64,000 bases of DNA from Macrostomum hystrix (GCA_950097015.1 CATNEN010000025.1:7874001-7938000), one strand, 5' to 3'. Counted from the stretch's first letter, positions 23,353 to 35,805 are shown. A program made the numbers and translations. The notes: generated by a model from the letters alone, not told the origin.

Positions 23353-23819
23353 GTCTTATGGACCCAAAAAATCTCAAATTTTTCAATCATTCATTTGTCT
23401 GTAATTCATTCAGATTGCACCCTTCAGCCTAGTATATAGCAATTCAGTCACAGTAATCACGTGTCTATTTTAGTAACCATCCATTCTTACTTATCTTGCT
23501 TTCAATTTCGATGCGCATTCAGTTTCGGCCAGTGTAACATAAAAATACACTTGTCAATATAGCCTTGCCCAAGCTGTTTGCCAGTGTAAAATATATGACA
23601 TCCTTGTTTTCGGTGGATTCCGTGTGACAGGCGTTTTGACATCGTCTGATTCATTTATTATTTTTAGAAATTACACATACCTGCGAACTTCCGCCGTTTA
23701 TAAGTTCAGTACAGAACTGCTACGAGCGTGTTACCATGCGGCCCACTCGCTAATTACCCAAAAGTAAATGAACCCCCAAACACCAAACAAGATCAGACAC
23801 ACCCACGCTCCACTCACAG

Positions 23820-24695
23820 TATCCCAAAGTCCACACTCACAGTCCACAATCTACACCCCACAATCCACAATCCATAATCTACACTCCACACTCCACACTC
23901 CACACTCCACACTCCACACTCCACAATCCACACTCCACAATCCTCACTCCACACTCCACACCCCACAATCCACACTCCACAATCCACACTCCACACTCCA
24001 CACTCCACAATCCACAATCCACACTCCACAATCCACACTCCACACCCCACAATCTTCACTCCACAATCCACAATCCACACTCCACAATCCACACTCCACA
24101 ATCCAAACTCCACAATCCACAATCCACACTCCACAATCCACACTCCACACTCCACAATCCACACTCCACAATCCACACTACACAATCCACACTCCACAAT
24201 CCACACTACACAATCCACACTCCACAATCCACAATCCACAATCTTCACTCCACAATCCACAATCCATACCCCACAATCTTCACTCCACAATCCACAATCC
24301 ACACCCCACAATCTTCACTCCACAATCCACAATCCACAATCCACAATCTTCACTCCACAATCCACAATCCATACCCCACAATCCACAATCCACAATCTTC
24401 ACTCCACAATCCACAATCCATACCCCACAATCTTCACTCCACAATCCACAATCCACACCCCACAATCTTCACTCCACAATCCACAATCCACAATCCACAA
24501 TCTTCACTCCACAATCCACAATCCATACCCCACAATCCACAATCCACAATCTTCACTCCACAATCCACAATCCATACCCCACAATCCACAATCCACAATC
24601 TTCACTCCACAATCCACAATCCATACCCCACAATCTTCACTCCACAATCCACAATCCACACCCCACAATTTTCACTCCACAATCCACAATCCACA
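23820..24695. repeat. 7-bp satellite (CCACAAT/CCACACT)n
   Basis: Visible tandem units. Confidence 0.95.
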
Positions 24696-24861
24696 ATCCC
24701 CTTCTTTCGCTTTCCTTTTGGCGATGGGCCGGGAAAGTTTGTCAACCAATAGCGGCAGGACTCTGCCGGGACACTGGGATATCAGTGGGAGGGATAAAGG
24801 GTATTTCCAGCCTATTTAACCGCATCCGCTGATACAGAGAGGGAGAACTATTCTTGGAAAT

Positions 24862-25073
24862 ATGTCGCCATCAAATCCACTGTTGCAACTGAGTCTACTG
24901 CTGATGCTATTGTCGTCGGGATGTTCAGCTGCCAATGTCAGTAGCGGCGGCGGCGGCGGCGGCGGCGGCGGCAACCTACGGCAGATTGTTCGCGAGCCGT
25001 TGGACATTGGCGCCAACTTCACCATTGAACAGATTGCCAGCGAGCTCCTACTGAACTATGACAATCATCACAG
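24862..25073 (+). CDS. Cys-loop ligand-gated anion channel subunit (GlyR/GluCl-like), exon 1 of 4
   Basis: Signal-peptide-like MSPSNPLLQLSLLLMLLSSGCSA, then ELLLNYDNHHR. Phase-2 donor AG|GTGTCT. Four exons sum to 1425 nt (474 aa). Confidence 0.85.
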
Positions 25074-25119
25074 GTGTCTGATTGCTTTCTAATTAAACAC
25101 TGATCAATAGTTCAGAGAG

Positions 25120-25850
25120 CTGAATGAAGGAATGAATAAAAGAGGTGAATGAAATTGCTGAATGGGAGAGTGAATGAAAGGGGTGAATGAAAACGGTGTA
25201 TGAAAAGGTTGAATGAAGGGGATGATGAAAGGGTGAATTAAAGGGTGAATGAAAAGGATGAATGAAAGGAATGAATGAAAGGGGTGAATGAAGGGATGAA
25301 TGAAGGGATGAATGAAGGGATGAATGAAGGGATGAATGAAGGGGTGAATGAAGGGATGAATGAAGGGATGAATGAAGGGATGAATGAAGGGATGAATCAA
25401 GGAATGAATGAAGGGATGAATGAAGGGATGAATCAAGGGATGAATGAAGGGATGAATGAAAGGATGAATGAAGGGATGAATCAAGGTATGAATCAAGGAA
25501 TGAATGAAGGGATGAATGAAAGGGGTGAATGAAGGGATGAATGAAAGGGGTGAATGAAGGGATGAATAAAGGGATGAATCAAGGGATGAATCAAGGGATG
25601 AATGAAGGGATGAATGAAAGGGATGAATGAAAGGGGTGAATGAAAGGGGTGAATGAACGGGGTTAATGAAAGGGATGAATGAAGGAATGAATGAAAGGGG
25701 TGAATGAAAGGGGTGAATGAAGGGATGAATGAAGGGATGAATGAAGGGATGAATGAAGGGATGAATCAAGGGATGAATCAAGGGATGAATGAAGGGATGA
25801 ATGAAGGGATGAATGAAAGGGGTGAATGAACGGGGTTAATGAAAGGGGAA
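25120..25850. repeat. 12-bp satellite (GAATGAAGGGAT)n
   Basis: Tandem units in channel intron 1. Confidence 0.95.
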
Positions 25851-26201
25851 CTAAAGGGTCAATCAGTGGGGTAAATTCAAGTTGGTGAATGTGAGGGTGA
25901 ATATAAGTGGGTGAATGCTGTTTGGCATAAGAATTTTTGTCCCTTATAAAGTGCAGCCAGCTATGTTGGACGATGTTAAAGCGATCACCCCCCGGATGTC
26001 AGGTCAACAGACAACCAGCCATCTTCGGTCTAACACTCGGCCAGTCAATGTTCCCATCCTCCCATCACCCGAGATCTCGAATCCACTTGACGCTTGACAG
26101 ATGGTGGAAAAATATGCGTAGATTTTTTGCTAGCCAGAATAAACACGCCACAATTCCCAACCCATATCCGATCTCCGAATCCCCAACCCCCCTCTAAACA
26201 G

Positions 26202-26532
26202 ACCCGGCTATTCCGGCGCCGCCACCAAAGTCGACATCAACATGTTCGTCCAGAGCTTCGGCAGCATCAGCGTCATCGACATGGACTACAGCATCGACAT
26301 CCTGCTGAGGCAGAAGTGGCGGGATCCGAGACTTAGATTTCGGGGCTACAATCGGACTCTGAGTCTGAGCTACCTGAAGGATAGGATCTGGATTCCTGAC
26401 CTGTTCTTTCGCAACGCCAAGTACGGATTCCTGCACGAGATCACAACGCCAAATTACCTCATCTGGCTGGAGCCCGACGGCCTTGTGACGTTTTCACAGA
26501 AGCTCACTATTAGACTGGCCTGCCCAATGCAG
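26202..26532 (+). CDS. Cys-loop channel, exon 2
   Basis: Acceptor AACAG|A. Encodes RPGYSGAATKVDINMFVQSFGSISVIDMDYSIDILLRQKWRDPRL...IWIPDLFFRNAK...RLACPMQ. Donor CAG|GTGAGC. Confidence 0.93.
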
Positions 26533-26534
26533 GT

Positions 26535-26680
26535 GAGCTGAACGAGAGGTCGGGAGTTCGAAATCTCTAGCCAATAGGAATGGAATTTTGTCCCAGGCCA
26601 AGAGACTCGATCGCCCTATTAGTTCTGTTCAACCAGCTGTAAAGAGGGGACTAGCATCAGCTGGGTTAGAAATGTTGCCG
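26535..26680 (+). mobile_element. SINE family B, diverged copy
   Basis: GAGGTCGGGAGTTCGAAAT (B-box-like), then GTTCAACCAGCTGTAAAGAGGGGACTAGCATCAGCT, similar to 5450-5490. Confidence 0.45.
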
Positions 26681-27254
26681 CCGACTCCGCAGCCCAACCT
26701 CGAGTCATATTTTCTTCAAGCGATGAGTCATTCAGGAGATCACGAAGAATTAATCTTACACAGTCTGTGCAGATTCAGCATCCTCTGAGCTTGGCTAGCA
26801 ATCCTCCAATCAAGAAGCGAAGCATATGCTGTGATTTACACATCTGATTAACCGGGAGATGATGAGATAGGGTAGCGACTGATGGAGAGACAAATACTGA
26901 GCCTTATCAAAATTTGGGAGTTTGATTTCCTGGTAGAATAATTTCCTGATCCCAACTACTCATTGGTGGGTGGCACTTGGCCCAGCTTTCCTAGCACAGA
27001 TGAATGCGAAATTTTTGGCAACTAGCTACATTCTCTTCGTCCATTGCTCCGTGAATTATTAATTGGAAAGTTTGCCATCGCTTTATTAGTTAAACGATAT
27101 ACACACTAACAGTCTTTGTCTCTAACTTTCCTCTGCTTTCTATTTCTGAATACTTTTACTACATTTTGTCATTCACACTCATCATACATAGTGTGAAAAG
27201 ATATCAGCGATTTCAATGTTACAAAATACTCGTAAGAAGCTAAAGAACAGAGCT

Positions 27255-27510
27255 AGATGCAGGAGTGAGGTGGCTGCGGGAGTGAGGTGGCTGCGGGAGT
27301 GAGATGGCTGCAGCAGTGAGGTGGCTGCGGGAGTGAGGTGGCTGCAGGAGTGAGGTGGCTACAGGAGTGAGGTGGCTACAGGAGTGAGGTGGCTGCGGGA
27401 GTGAGGTGGCTGCAGGAGTGAGCTGGCTGCAGGAGTGAGGTGGCTGCGGGAGTGAGGTGGCTGCAAGAGTGTGGTGGCTGCAGCAGTGAGGTGGATGTAG
27501 GGTGAGATGG
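27255..27510. repeat. 17-bp minisatellite (GTGGCTGCGGGAGTGAG)n
   Basis: Visible tandem units. Confidence 0.9.
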
Positions 27511-28019
27511 GTGCAAGGGGTGGCGTAGCGACTGCGAGCAGCTTTGAAGTTATATGTCAGTGTACGAAAATTCAAGTATAGTTTTGTAAAATTATTTAAG
27601 AGGACCATATATTTCAAATTTGAATTACATTACCTCAAATTAAAGCGAGTGCAAGCGCAGAACACTCGCTCGTAGAGATCAGAGGGAGTAAAGAGTTCAG
27701 TGGATCGCGAAAAAATCCGTCGTTTTCTTGCGTGCCTAAGCTACTCGAAGCGAGGCCTAGGAAATCGATTCTGACGTGCAGTCGGCGAAAAACAACTGTT
27801 CGGATAACTCAAATTGCGGCAGAAACAATAGGATTTTCCTGTGTTTGGAATTGTTGAGAGCTGCTCAGTTCACCTGAGCCGGACTTTTTGTTGTAGCAAA
27901 TACACACACAGGAAGTCGTGGATAATCTTTCTCTGGTTGGTTTTTTTACTGAAAGGGTTTAATTGGTTTGGCTCACCGAAACATCGAAACGTCTACTCAA
28001 TCTTTTTAACAATTCTCCT

Positions 28020-28512
28020 TCAATCTGAGACACCCCAGAACACTTCAATTCAATCTGAGACACCCTCAGAACACTCCAATTCAATCTGAGACACCCCAGA
28101 ACACTCCAATTCAATCTGAGACACCCCAGAACACTCCAATTCAATCTGAGACACCCCAGAACACTCCAATTCAATCTGAGACACCCCAGAACACTCCAAT
28201 TCAATCTGAGACACCCCAGAACACTCCAATTCAATCTGAGACACCCCAGAACACTCCAATTCAATCTGAGACACCTCAGAACACTCCAATTCAATCTGAG
28301 ACACCCCAGAACACTCCAATTCAACCTGAGACACCCCAGAACACTCCAATTCAATCTGAGACACCCCAGAACACTCCAATTTAACCTGAGACACCCCAGA
28401 ACACTCCAATTCAATCTGAGACACCCCAGAACACTCCAATTCAATCTGAGACACACCAGAACACTCCAATTCAATCTGAGACACCCCAGAACACTCCAAT
28501 TCAATCTGAGAC
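28020..28512. repeat. 30-bp minisatellite (TCAATCTGAGACACCCCAGAACACTCCAAT)n
   Basis: About 16 units ending ~20 nt before the exon-3 acceptor. Confidence 0.96.
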
Positions 28513-28532
28513 GACATTACTCTACTCCGCAG

Positions 28533-28928
28533 CTGTGGAACTTTCCAATGGACACCCAGCTGTGCCCGTTGGAGATCGGCAGCTATGGTTTCGCCTTATC
28601 CGACCTGGAATTCGCCTGGATGAGCAGCCGGTCAGCTGTACTGCTCAACAGCCAGATGATGCTTAACGAATTCGAACTGCCGGAAGTTCGCACGGGCAGC
28701 TGCAGTAAAGTGTACAGCACCACTGGCCAATTCGCTTGCCTATTTGTTGAATTTAAATTGGTGCGAAAATTCGGATTCTATCTGATCTACACCTACCTGC
28801 CCTCGATTCTGGTTGTGGCCATCTCCTGGATCTCGTTCTGGATCGACTACAAAGCTGTGCCGGCTAGGATCACCATCGGCCTTCTGTCCGTACTGGCCCT
28901 GATGACACAGGCTGCAGCCACTGTCCAG
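28533..28928 (+). CDS. Cys-loop channel, exon 3 (Cys-loop end, loop C, M1, M2)
   Basis: Acceptor CGCAG|CTG. Encodes LWNFPMDTQLCPLEIGSYG...CSKVYSTTGQFACL...YLPSILVVAISWISFWIDYKAVPARITIG. Donor CAG|GTGACA. Confidence 0.95.
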
Positions 28929-28944
28929 GTGACACTCCGTTGCT

Positions 28945-29705
28945 AATGGCGCCCAGTCCTTAGAGATTGGCACCCAGTACATAGAGATTGGCGCCCACTA
29001 CTTAGAGATTTGCGCTCAGTACATAGAGATTAGCGCCCAGTACATAGAGATTGGCGCCCACTACTTAGAGATTGGCGCCCAGTACTCAGAGATTGGCGCC
29101 CAGTACTTGAAGATTGGCGCCCACTACTTAGAGATTGGCGCCCAGTCCTTACAGATTGGCGCCCAGTAATTAAAGATTGGCGCCCAGTCCTTACAGATTG
29201 GCGCCCAGTACTTAAAGATTGGCGCCCAGTACTTGAAGATTGGCGCCCAGTACTTGAAGATTGGCGCCCAGTACTTGAAGATTGGCGCCCAGTACTTAAA
29301 GATTGGCGCCCAGTACTCAGAGATTGGCGCCCAGTACTTGAAGATTGGTGCCCAGTACTTAAAGATTGGCGCCCAGTACTCAGAGATTGGCGCCCAGTAC
29401 TTGAAGATTGGTGCCCAGTACTTAAAGATTGGCGCCCAGTACTCAGAGATTGGCGCCCAGTACTTGAAGATTGGCGCCCAGTACTTAAAGATTGGCGCCC
29501 AGTACTCAGAGATTGGCGCCCAGTACTTAAAGATTGGCGCCCAGTACTTAAAGATTGGCGCCCAGTACTCAGAGATTGGCGCCCAGTACTCAGAGATTGG
29601 CGCCCAGTACTCAGAGATTGGCGCCCAGTACTTAGAGATTGGCGCCCAGTACTCAGAGATTGGCGCCCTGTTCTTAGAGATTGGCGCCCTGTTCTTAGAT
29701 AAGGC
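28945..29705. repeat. 21-bp minisatellite (GGCGCCCAGTACTTAAAGATT)n
   Basis: About 36 units starting 17 nt after the exon-3 donor. Confidence 0.96.
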
Positions 29706-31769
29706 GTGATTCTGATCTTAATTTATGTGAATGCTCAGAATGCGTGATTCTTGAACCAATACGAATTTCTTGCTCTCGGAAATCTAAGCCTGTTTCTTGG
29801 AAATTAACTCCTAATTCTTAAGAAACTGGACTCTTAGTTTTAAAATGGTACTTGATTCTTAGAATAACATAACTTCTTTTAGAATGACCCTTGATTCTAA
29901 GAAATAGACACTTTCCTATAAATATAACTTGATTCTTTGAAAACTAGACGACACTTTAGAATTTGAGGCCTTCTTTTCAGAATCAAGAGAAAATTCTTAG
30001 AAATTCGTTATTGATTCTAACAAACTGGCACCTGTTTCTTAGAAATCGATTGCACATTTTTTCTATTGGCGCTTAACTAACCTTTTGCAGGGCTTAGAGT
30101 CCCATGCTAAGATAATGTGTGAATGAAGTCAATTATATCGTTTAAAAATGTTTCTTTGACCTTTGGGTAGATTAAATTGCGCAAATGCATCTGACCCCAA
30201 AGCTTTTATCGCTAAAATTTTCGATAGAATTTGGCGACTAACTTTATAAAAAGTAATTACTAAGTAATGAATACGTGACTAGCATATATTATTGGCCCTT
30301 TATATCCTCAATTTAAAAAAGTGTGCTAATCAAATCAAGCTTCGATGTGATAGGACCACGAAGTGTCCTCTTCATCAATAAATCAGCACAGATAATGTTT
30401 TCTAACCAAATAGAAGTAAGTGAAAAAATTAAAATTGAATTTTCGCTCGCATCTCGATAATAGTGCTGAATTAATGACTCTGAAAATATGTAAACTTAAT
30501 CGAGTATATTTGCCTATCAGGCAGGCCAGCCGTTGAGTCCATTGAGACCCATTCTGAGTTCCAGACGATGCCAAGATAATCTGATAGCGGATTTACGGAG
30601 TCTGTAAATCGATAAATCATTGCATAGTGCACTAGAGTGCATAGTGCATAGTGCGGATTTCTAGAGAGGGATGAGTTTTAATTTCATCAGGATTATCGTG
30701 CATGTGTATTTGAGTAGCTGCACTGGACTCAGATTCGAGCTTGGAACCAATTTCTATAGTCTCATCCCAGTCTATGCCGCCTGTCTCTCTGTTTCTGTCT
30801 CCTATGCGACTGATTCTGTACCGCTAGAAGAAGGACTTTTTCGCGGAAAAATGCACAAACGAGATAGGACACATTTCACGCTTTTCACATTTAAATGTTG
30901 ATAACTTTTTGTTGAAAGCAGATCCATTGCTGTTATTTTAACATAGCATAGCAACCAAGCAGAAATAAAATTTACCTACAACTTAGCCTACTGATCTGTT
31001 AATAAAAGTTCTACATTATTCTCGTATAGTACACTTAATACTTGATTAAAAAGCGACTGTAAAACTGAGTTAGTCACGAGATAGCTATTGACTGGCTTCA
31101 TCAGCTTCCAGTTAAAAGTTATCAACATTTTAATGCGAAAAACTTTTCACGGATATAGATAGGATCATTTGAATTTGCATTTTCCGTGAAAATCAGCCTT
31201 CAATAAATTTTCACGACCTTCTAGTGGTCCTTGTTAAATATGCTGGCATGACCCGCTACATAACTGAATTAGCTACATAGCTACGATGCTGCCGGCTTAA
31301 TGTTTTTAGGATTATGCCGACAGCTACATCCAGTGGCTTGCTGGCTAGACTGATTTTACACTACTTTTATAAATTTTCTACATCGCAATAGGATGCTGTT
31401 AAGAGTGCTGTTATGACGTTGTGAGCACGAACAGTTGTCTAACTAAAACAGAAAACTAAAAACAACTGGTAAACAAAATTATTTGAAGCTAGCTAGCACT
31501 ATATTTTATAGTCTCCTGCACTCCCAAAATAAGATTTATTTTTTTCAGAGGGGCTGTTGCAACTGATGCACCATTTCGAGATAGTCGACACGCTCAAGTT
31601 TCTATATACGAGCCGTATATGAATAATTTAACTTGATCACTAATTAGAGAATGGAGAAAACAAAAGGCTTGCTTCCGATTAGCTCGTAGTTTTGTTGTTT
31701 TGGAAGATTAACGCATTTTTAAACACTGCTGCAAGAATATAGCTCGTAAAATCGATATTTTCACAGATT

Positions 31770-31916
31770 GGGGGTTGGCCCTCAGGAGCGTAAATTGCAC
31801 TACAAGCCCCCAAGCCTTCTCTCCGTGTCTTCGGAGAGAATGAATGCGGCCTCGCCGCGGAATCGAGCTCAGGGACCTTGGCGCGAGAAGCAAACGCGTT
31901 AACTGCCACCGACCCC
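31770..31916 (-). mobile_element. SINE family A, 5' part
   Basis: GGCCTCGCCGCGGAATCGAGCTCAGGGACCTTGG...CTGCCACCGACCCC is the reverse complement of the SINE head. Confidence 0.8.
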
Positions 31917-31965
31917 ATCACTAGCATCTTTACTTGTAAATTTTCGGTATCGACTCCACCCGCAG

Positions 31966-32451
31966 AAACTGCCCAGAGTGTCCTACGTAAAGGCCATAGA
32001 CGTTTGGCTTTTCGCCTGTCTGGCTTTCGTTGTGGCCTCCCTGCTGGAGTTCGCGCTGGTGAACATGATCGCTCGACGTAGGGAGCAACGTCGGGCGCGC
32101 GACGATCTTCGCAACATGATGGGCCGCGAGATGCGAATGCTTCGCGGAAATCTGCTTCCACAGCAGCAGCAGAAGCACGGTCCCGGAGGCAACGACGCCG
32201 ACACTGGCGCCGATGAAGCCGACGATGGCAAGTCAGACGGCGACGCTGTGGCTGTTGTGGCTAGTCGGCGAACTCGGGCGACGTCACGACCGGCGGAGAA
32301 AGCTTCGGCAATGCCAGCAATGATGCCTGCAGCCGAGGATGAATTCAATCCAGACAGTGTGGACAATGTTTTCGCCATTGTCTATCCGGTCTGCTTTCTG
32401 GTGTTCAATCTGGTCTACTGGTTGACCTACACATTCTACAGGGCAATCTAG
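31966..32451 (+). CDS. Cys-loop channel, exon 4 (M3, intracellular loop, M4, stop)
   Basis: Acceptor CGCAG|AAA. Encodes [33 protein letters not shown]...[24 protein letters not shown] at 32449-32451. Confidence 0.95.
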   Translation, partial: KLPRVSYVKAIDVWLFACLAFVVASLLEFALVNMIARRREQRRARDDLRNMMGREMRMLRGNLLPQQQQKHGPGGNDADTGADEADDGKSDGDAVAVVASRRTRATSRPAEKASAMPAMMPAAEDEFNPDSVDNVFAIVYPVCFLVFNLVYWLTYTFYRAI

Positions 32452-34013
32452 ATTCCTACTCTATTCTAGACTATTTTCAGGGGCAGATGACAGTTATTTG
32501 GTAGGTCAATTTCCATTTATTCCAGAGAATTAAACCAGTATACGATTATACCTAAGGTAGAAAGGACTGACTGATGTGCGTCTATGTGCGTCTAAAACTG
32601 TAGCCAATCAGTAAGGTGGCGGAGTGAGGTTGTTGATAAAGCGTGGTGACTTGCTGTACACTCTCAAGGGCGTGAGATTGGGGTCAGAAGTTTATCGGCA
32701 ATGCACATCGTATCTTTTTTCATCGTTCTGACTGTTCAGGAATTTTTTAGTGGAAATATTCATACAAATTTAATTCAATATTTTTTCTTACCCATACCTC
32801 TCCTATTTATGCGAGTACATTGCGTAGTAATTGCATAGATTTACTTCTTTCTTGCTTTAATTTTTGACTATATAGTACTGACAAGTATCTTTTTGCAGGA
32901 ATATACCTCATTGAAAATAAGATTTCTGACTCAGTTCTACTTCTTACAACTGAATTCATTTGTAAGTAGGGGCACCGTAAGACTTGAAAGAACTTTGCAC
33001 TTTTGATGACATGCTTAAAATTCTTTAAAAAGAACTGAGTCAGCAGTCTCCGAAGTCGATTTTAATCTTACAATCCTTCTTGAAATATAAATAAAACAGT
33101 GGCGTAGCCTGGCGTAGCCACCTTTTTTTCTGTCGTCAGGCAGCCACCACCAACTAGGACCCTGTTGGATCCCGTACATACAACACTGTAAAAATGGAAA
33201 AAAAATGTAACAGCCTAATGAAAATGCAAAATGTTTTTTAAATAATATTAACAAGAAATATACAAGCATTAAGCCACCAATTTAATAATGACCTAGGTCG
33301 GCAAGTGTAAAGATTCGTTCGCACTTTTGCTAGTAAGCTTGCTATACCTTGTTGGAAACGAATAGTGCATATCTGTATCATTGAAACGTAATATCGTATT
33401 CGTAAAATGTATACTCGCTCGTAGAATTGATATGTAGGGACGAAATAGATGCTGCATCGAGAGCGGGTCCTACTGCAGTTTTCACGGTAATGTTATGAAG
33501 GCAGTATAAGGCAACAACCATACTTAGTAGCGAATTAAATTAACTTGTCCTTGTGCGTACATTTGGTGTTCACTCGTCAAGATCGACGAGTTACAATTCA
33601 ACGTAGCACTATATGCATTTCTGCCGCTATATAGGGAAATATGTGGCGATCGTCCACCCAGGAAAATATTCCGTCGCAGTCACACGAAGAAACGTCCAGT
33701 TTCTGTTGCAAATTATATCATCAAAGAATGCAAGCCTGCCTATTTCACGAGTTTTGGTTAGAAGAAAAACAAAAAGGAAATATTTTAGTATACGTTAAAA
33801 CAAACAAAATACTATTATTTTTTTGTAAAACATTAAAAAATTATGAACTAAATTCCTAAAAGAGTAAATGTTAAATCACTGCATTAATTGCAATATTAAA
33901 TCAGGATTTGTCTATTATATTTATTACTTACTGCTACAATGCAACAGATAAGCTTACTTGCAGCTGGCTTGCACTGGTACTTGGGTCACATGAAACTAAT
34001 ATTTGCGTATTAA

Positions 34014-34381
34014 TAATAATAATAGTAATAATTGCAGGAGGGCTGCGGGCAATGGCACATCATTTGGTGACACTAGACCCGCAGCCAGCGTGGAGGCAAT
34101 TCTGCCCATTTCGCAGACTCCTGAGCACACACGCACACAGATACTGTACGCAGGCATACGCTCACACAGGTGTGTACATCTGCCCTGACTTTCTCATCGT
34201 CAGGCAGTGTACACTTTCACTGTGCCTTGGAGGTTGGCCCTCAAGGGCGTAAATTGCACGACAAGCCCTCAAGCCTTCTCTCCGCGGCTGCGCCCCAAAT
34301 AAATGTGGCCTCGCCGTGGAATCGAACTTAGGGACCTTGGTGCGAGAGGCAAACGTGATAACCGCTCTGCCACCGACCCCC
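34014..34381 (-). mobile_element. SINE family A, full length with 16-bp TSD
   Basis: TSD AATATTTGCGTATTAA at 33998-34013 and 34382-34397; tRNA-like head, internal hairpin and (TTA)n tail. Confidence 0.92.
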
Positions 34382-35223
34382 AATATTTGCGTATTAAAGT
34401 TTCCTTGCGTATAAGTACAGCTTTTAAATCTCAAGACCAATGAATTGACACTTTTCCAAATTAGTTTCGGAGTATCCATAAGCGGAAAATGTACCAGAAA
34501 ATAACATAACGATATGTGCTCTGCTACAACCGACCAACGGAGTCAACTCCACGTAGTTGCTCCCTCTAAGCCCCTAATGGTTATGTAGCAACAATTATTC
34601 GTTTAGGGCTTATAATAGCGAGTATAAGCACTACACGAAAGAGGAAATTCGTTTGTTAGATTATTCTGTCAAATTCCATTATCATAGGCCTATCAGTTCT
34701 TCATGTATAAGGATAGGCGGAGTAATTTTTGCAGAAAATTTGTGCTTTGTCTGTACAGCTATCTTTGTTATGAAGTGAAAGTGAAGCAACAAATAGGCCT
34801 AGCAATGCCACCACTCGACTCCACTCACGAGCTCAGGCAAATCAAACAAGGCAGTCCACACTTTATAGCAGCTTAAAGCTTTAATCGAATCTGATGCTTT
34901 TACCATGATACAGATCCCACAGGCAAATGAACCTTATATACTGACACTGCAAGCCAGCCTTTACTTTCAGACCACATAATCTTAGTAGTATAGTAGGAAG
35001 AGATTTGCTTGAGATTCAAGATGCTTGTTGGTCACTAGAGCACAGTTGGATATTTATCTAATAATATTTACCTTTCTGTTTTATAAAGTTTTCACTTTCT
35101 ATTTTAATGTATTTGTGACAGCTGTCTCACTCTGAGGTATACAATTCTAGAGATATGAGAATATTAGAAAAACTTGATGTGACTTTTGGAGTTTCTTAAA
35201 CCTAAAATTTAAAATAGTTCTAG

Positions 35224-35618
35224 CTTTAATCTGCTGCGCAAGGGAATTCGACCGCGCGACATTGTGACTTGGGAGGCGATGGAGAATGCGGCTGCCGTGG
35301 TGTCTGCATTGGGCGGCTCAACCAACGCCTGCCTGCACCTGGTGGCCATCGCCAGGGAGGCCGGCCTGGCTGACTTCGGGCTGGACAACCTCCAGGCGGT
35401 GTTTCAACGAACCCGTGTACTGGCCGACCTGTTTCCCAGCGGGTGTCACGCCATGGCCGATTTGCACGCTGCTGGCGGACTTCGGCCGCTGCTACGGCGC
35501 CTGCTGAAAGCCGGCCTGCTGCACGGATCAGCAGTAACTTGTACAGGACGTACGCTGGCTGAAGATCTGGAAGGTGTCGAAGATTATCCGGCCGGACAGA
35601 AAGTCATTAGGTCATTGT
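35224..35618 (+). CDS. ilvD: Dihydroxy-acid dehydratase (IlvD/Ilv3 family), first visible exon (internal, no start codon)
   Basis: Acceptor TTCTAG|C. Encodes FNLLRKGIRPRDIVTWEAMENA...GGSTNACLHLVAIAREAG...GLLHGSAVTCTGRTLAEDL. Phase-1 donor T|GTGAGT at 35619. Confidence 0.9.
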
Positions 35619-35805
35619 GTGAGTAATGAGTTGCGTCTTCCGACCAATCCAGAAGTCTTAAGGGCTGACCACCCCAAAATTTCTCTATCCCTTTTGGAGC
35701 CGCTTCAACCAATCAGGTCCCACTTAACAACCGCCACCCCAGAATTACTCTACCCATTTTGGAGCCGCCTCAACCAATCAGATTACCCTCCTTTTTTCTG
35801 ACCAG

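Noticed and set aside
33095-33200. CAGTGGCGTAGC and CACTGTAAAAA as transposon TIRs
   Set aside because: No matching opposite terminus or TSD was found nearby.
34180-34215. Hammerhead-ribozyme-like CTGACGA...GAAA in the SINE A body
   Set aside because: The flanks pair directly into a simple hairpin (CTGCCTGAC / GTCAGGGCAG); there is no stem III with an NUH cleavage triplet.
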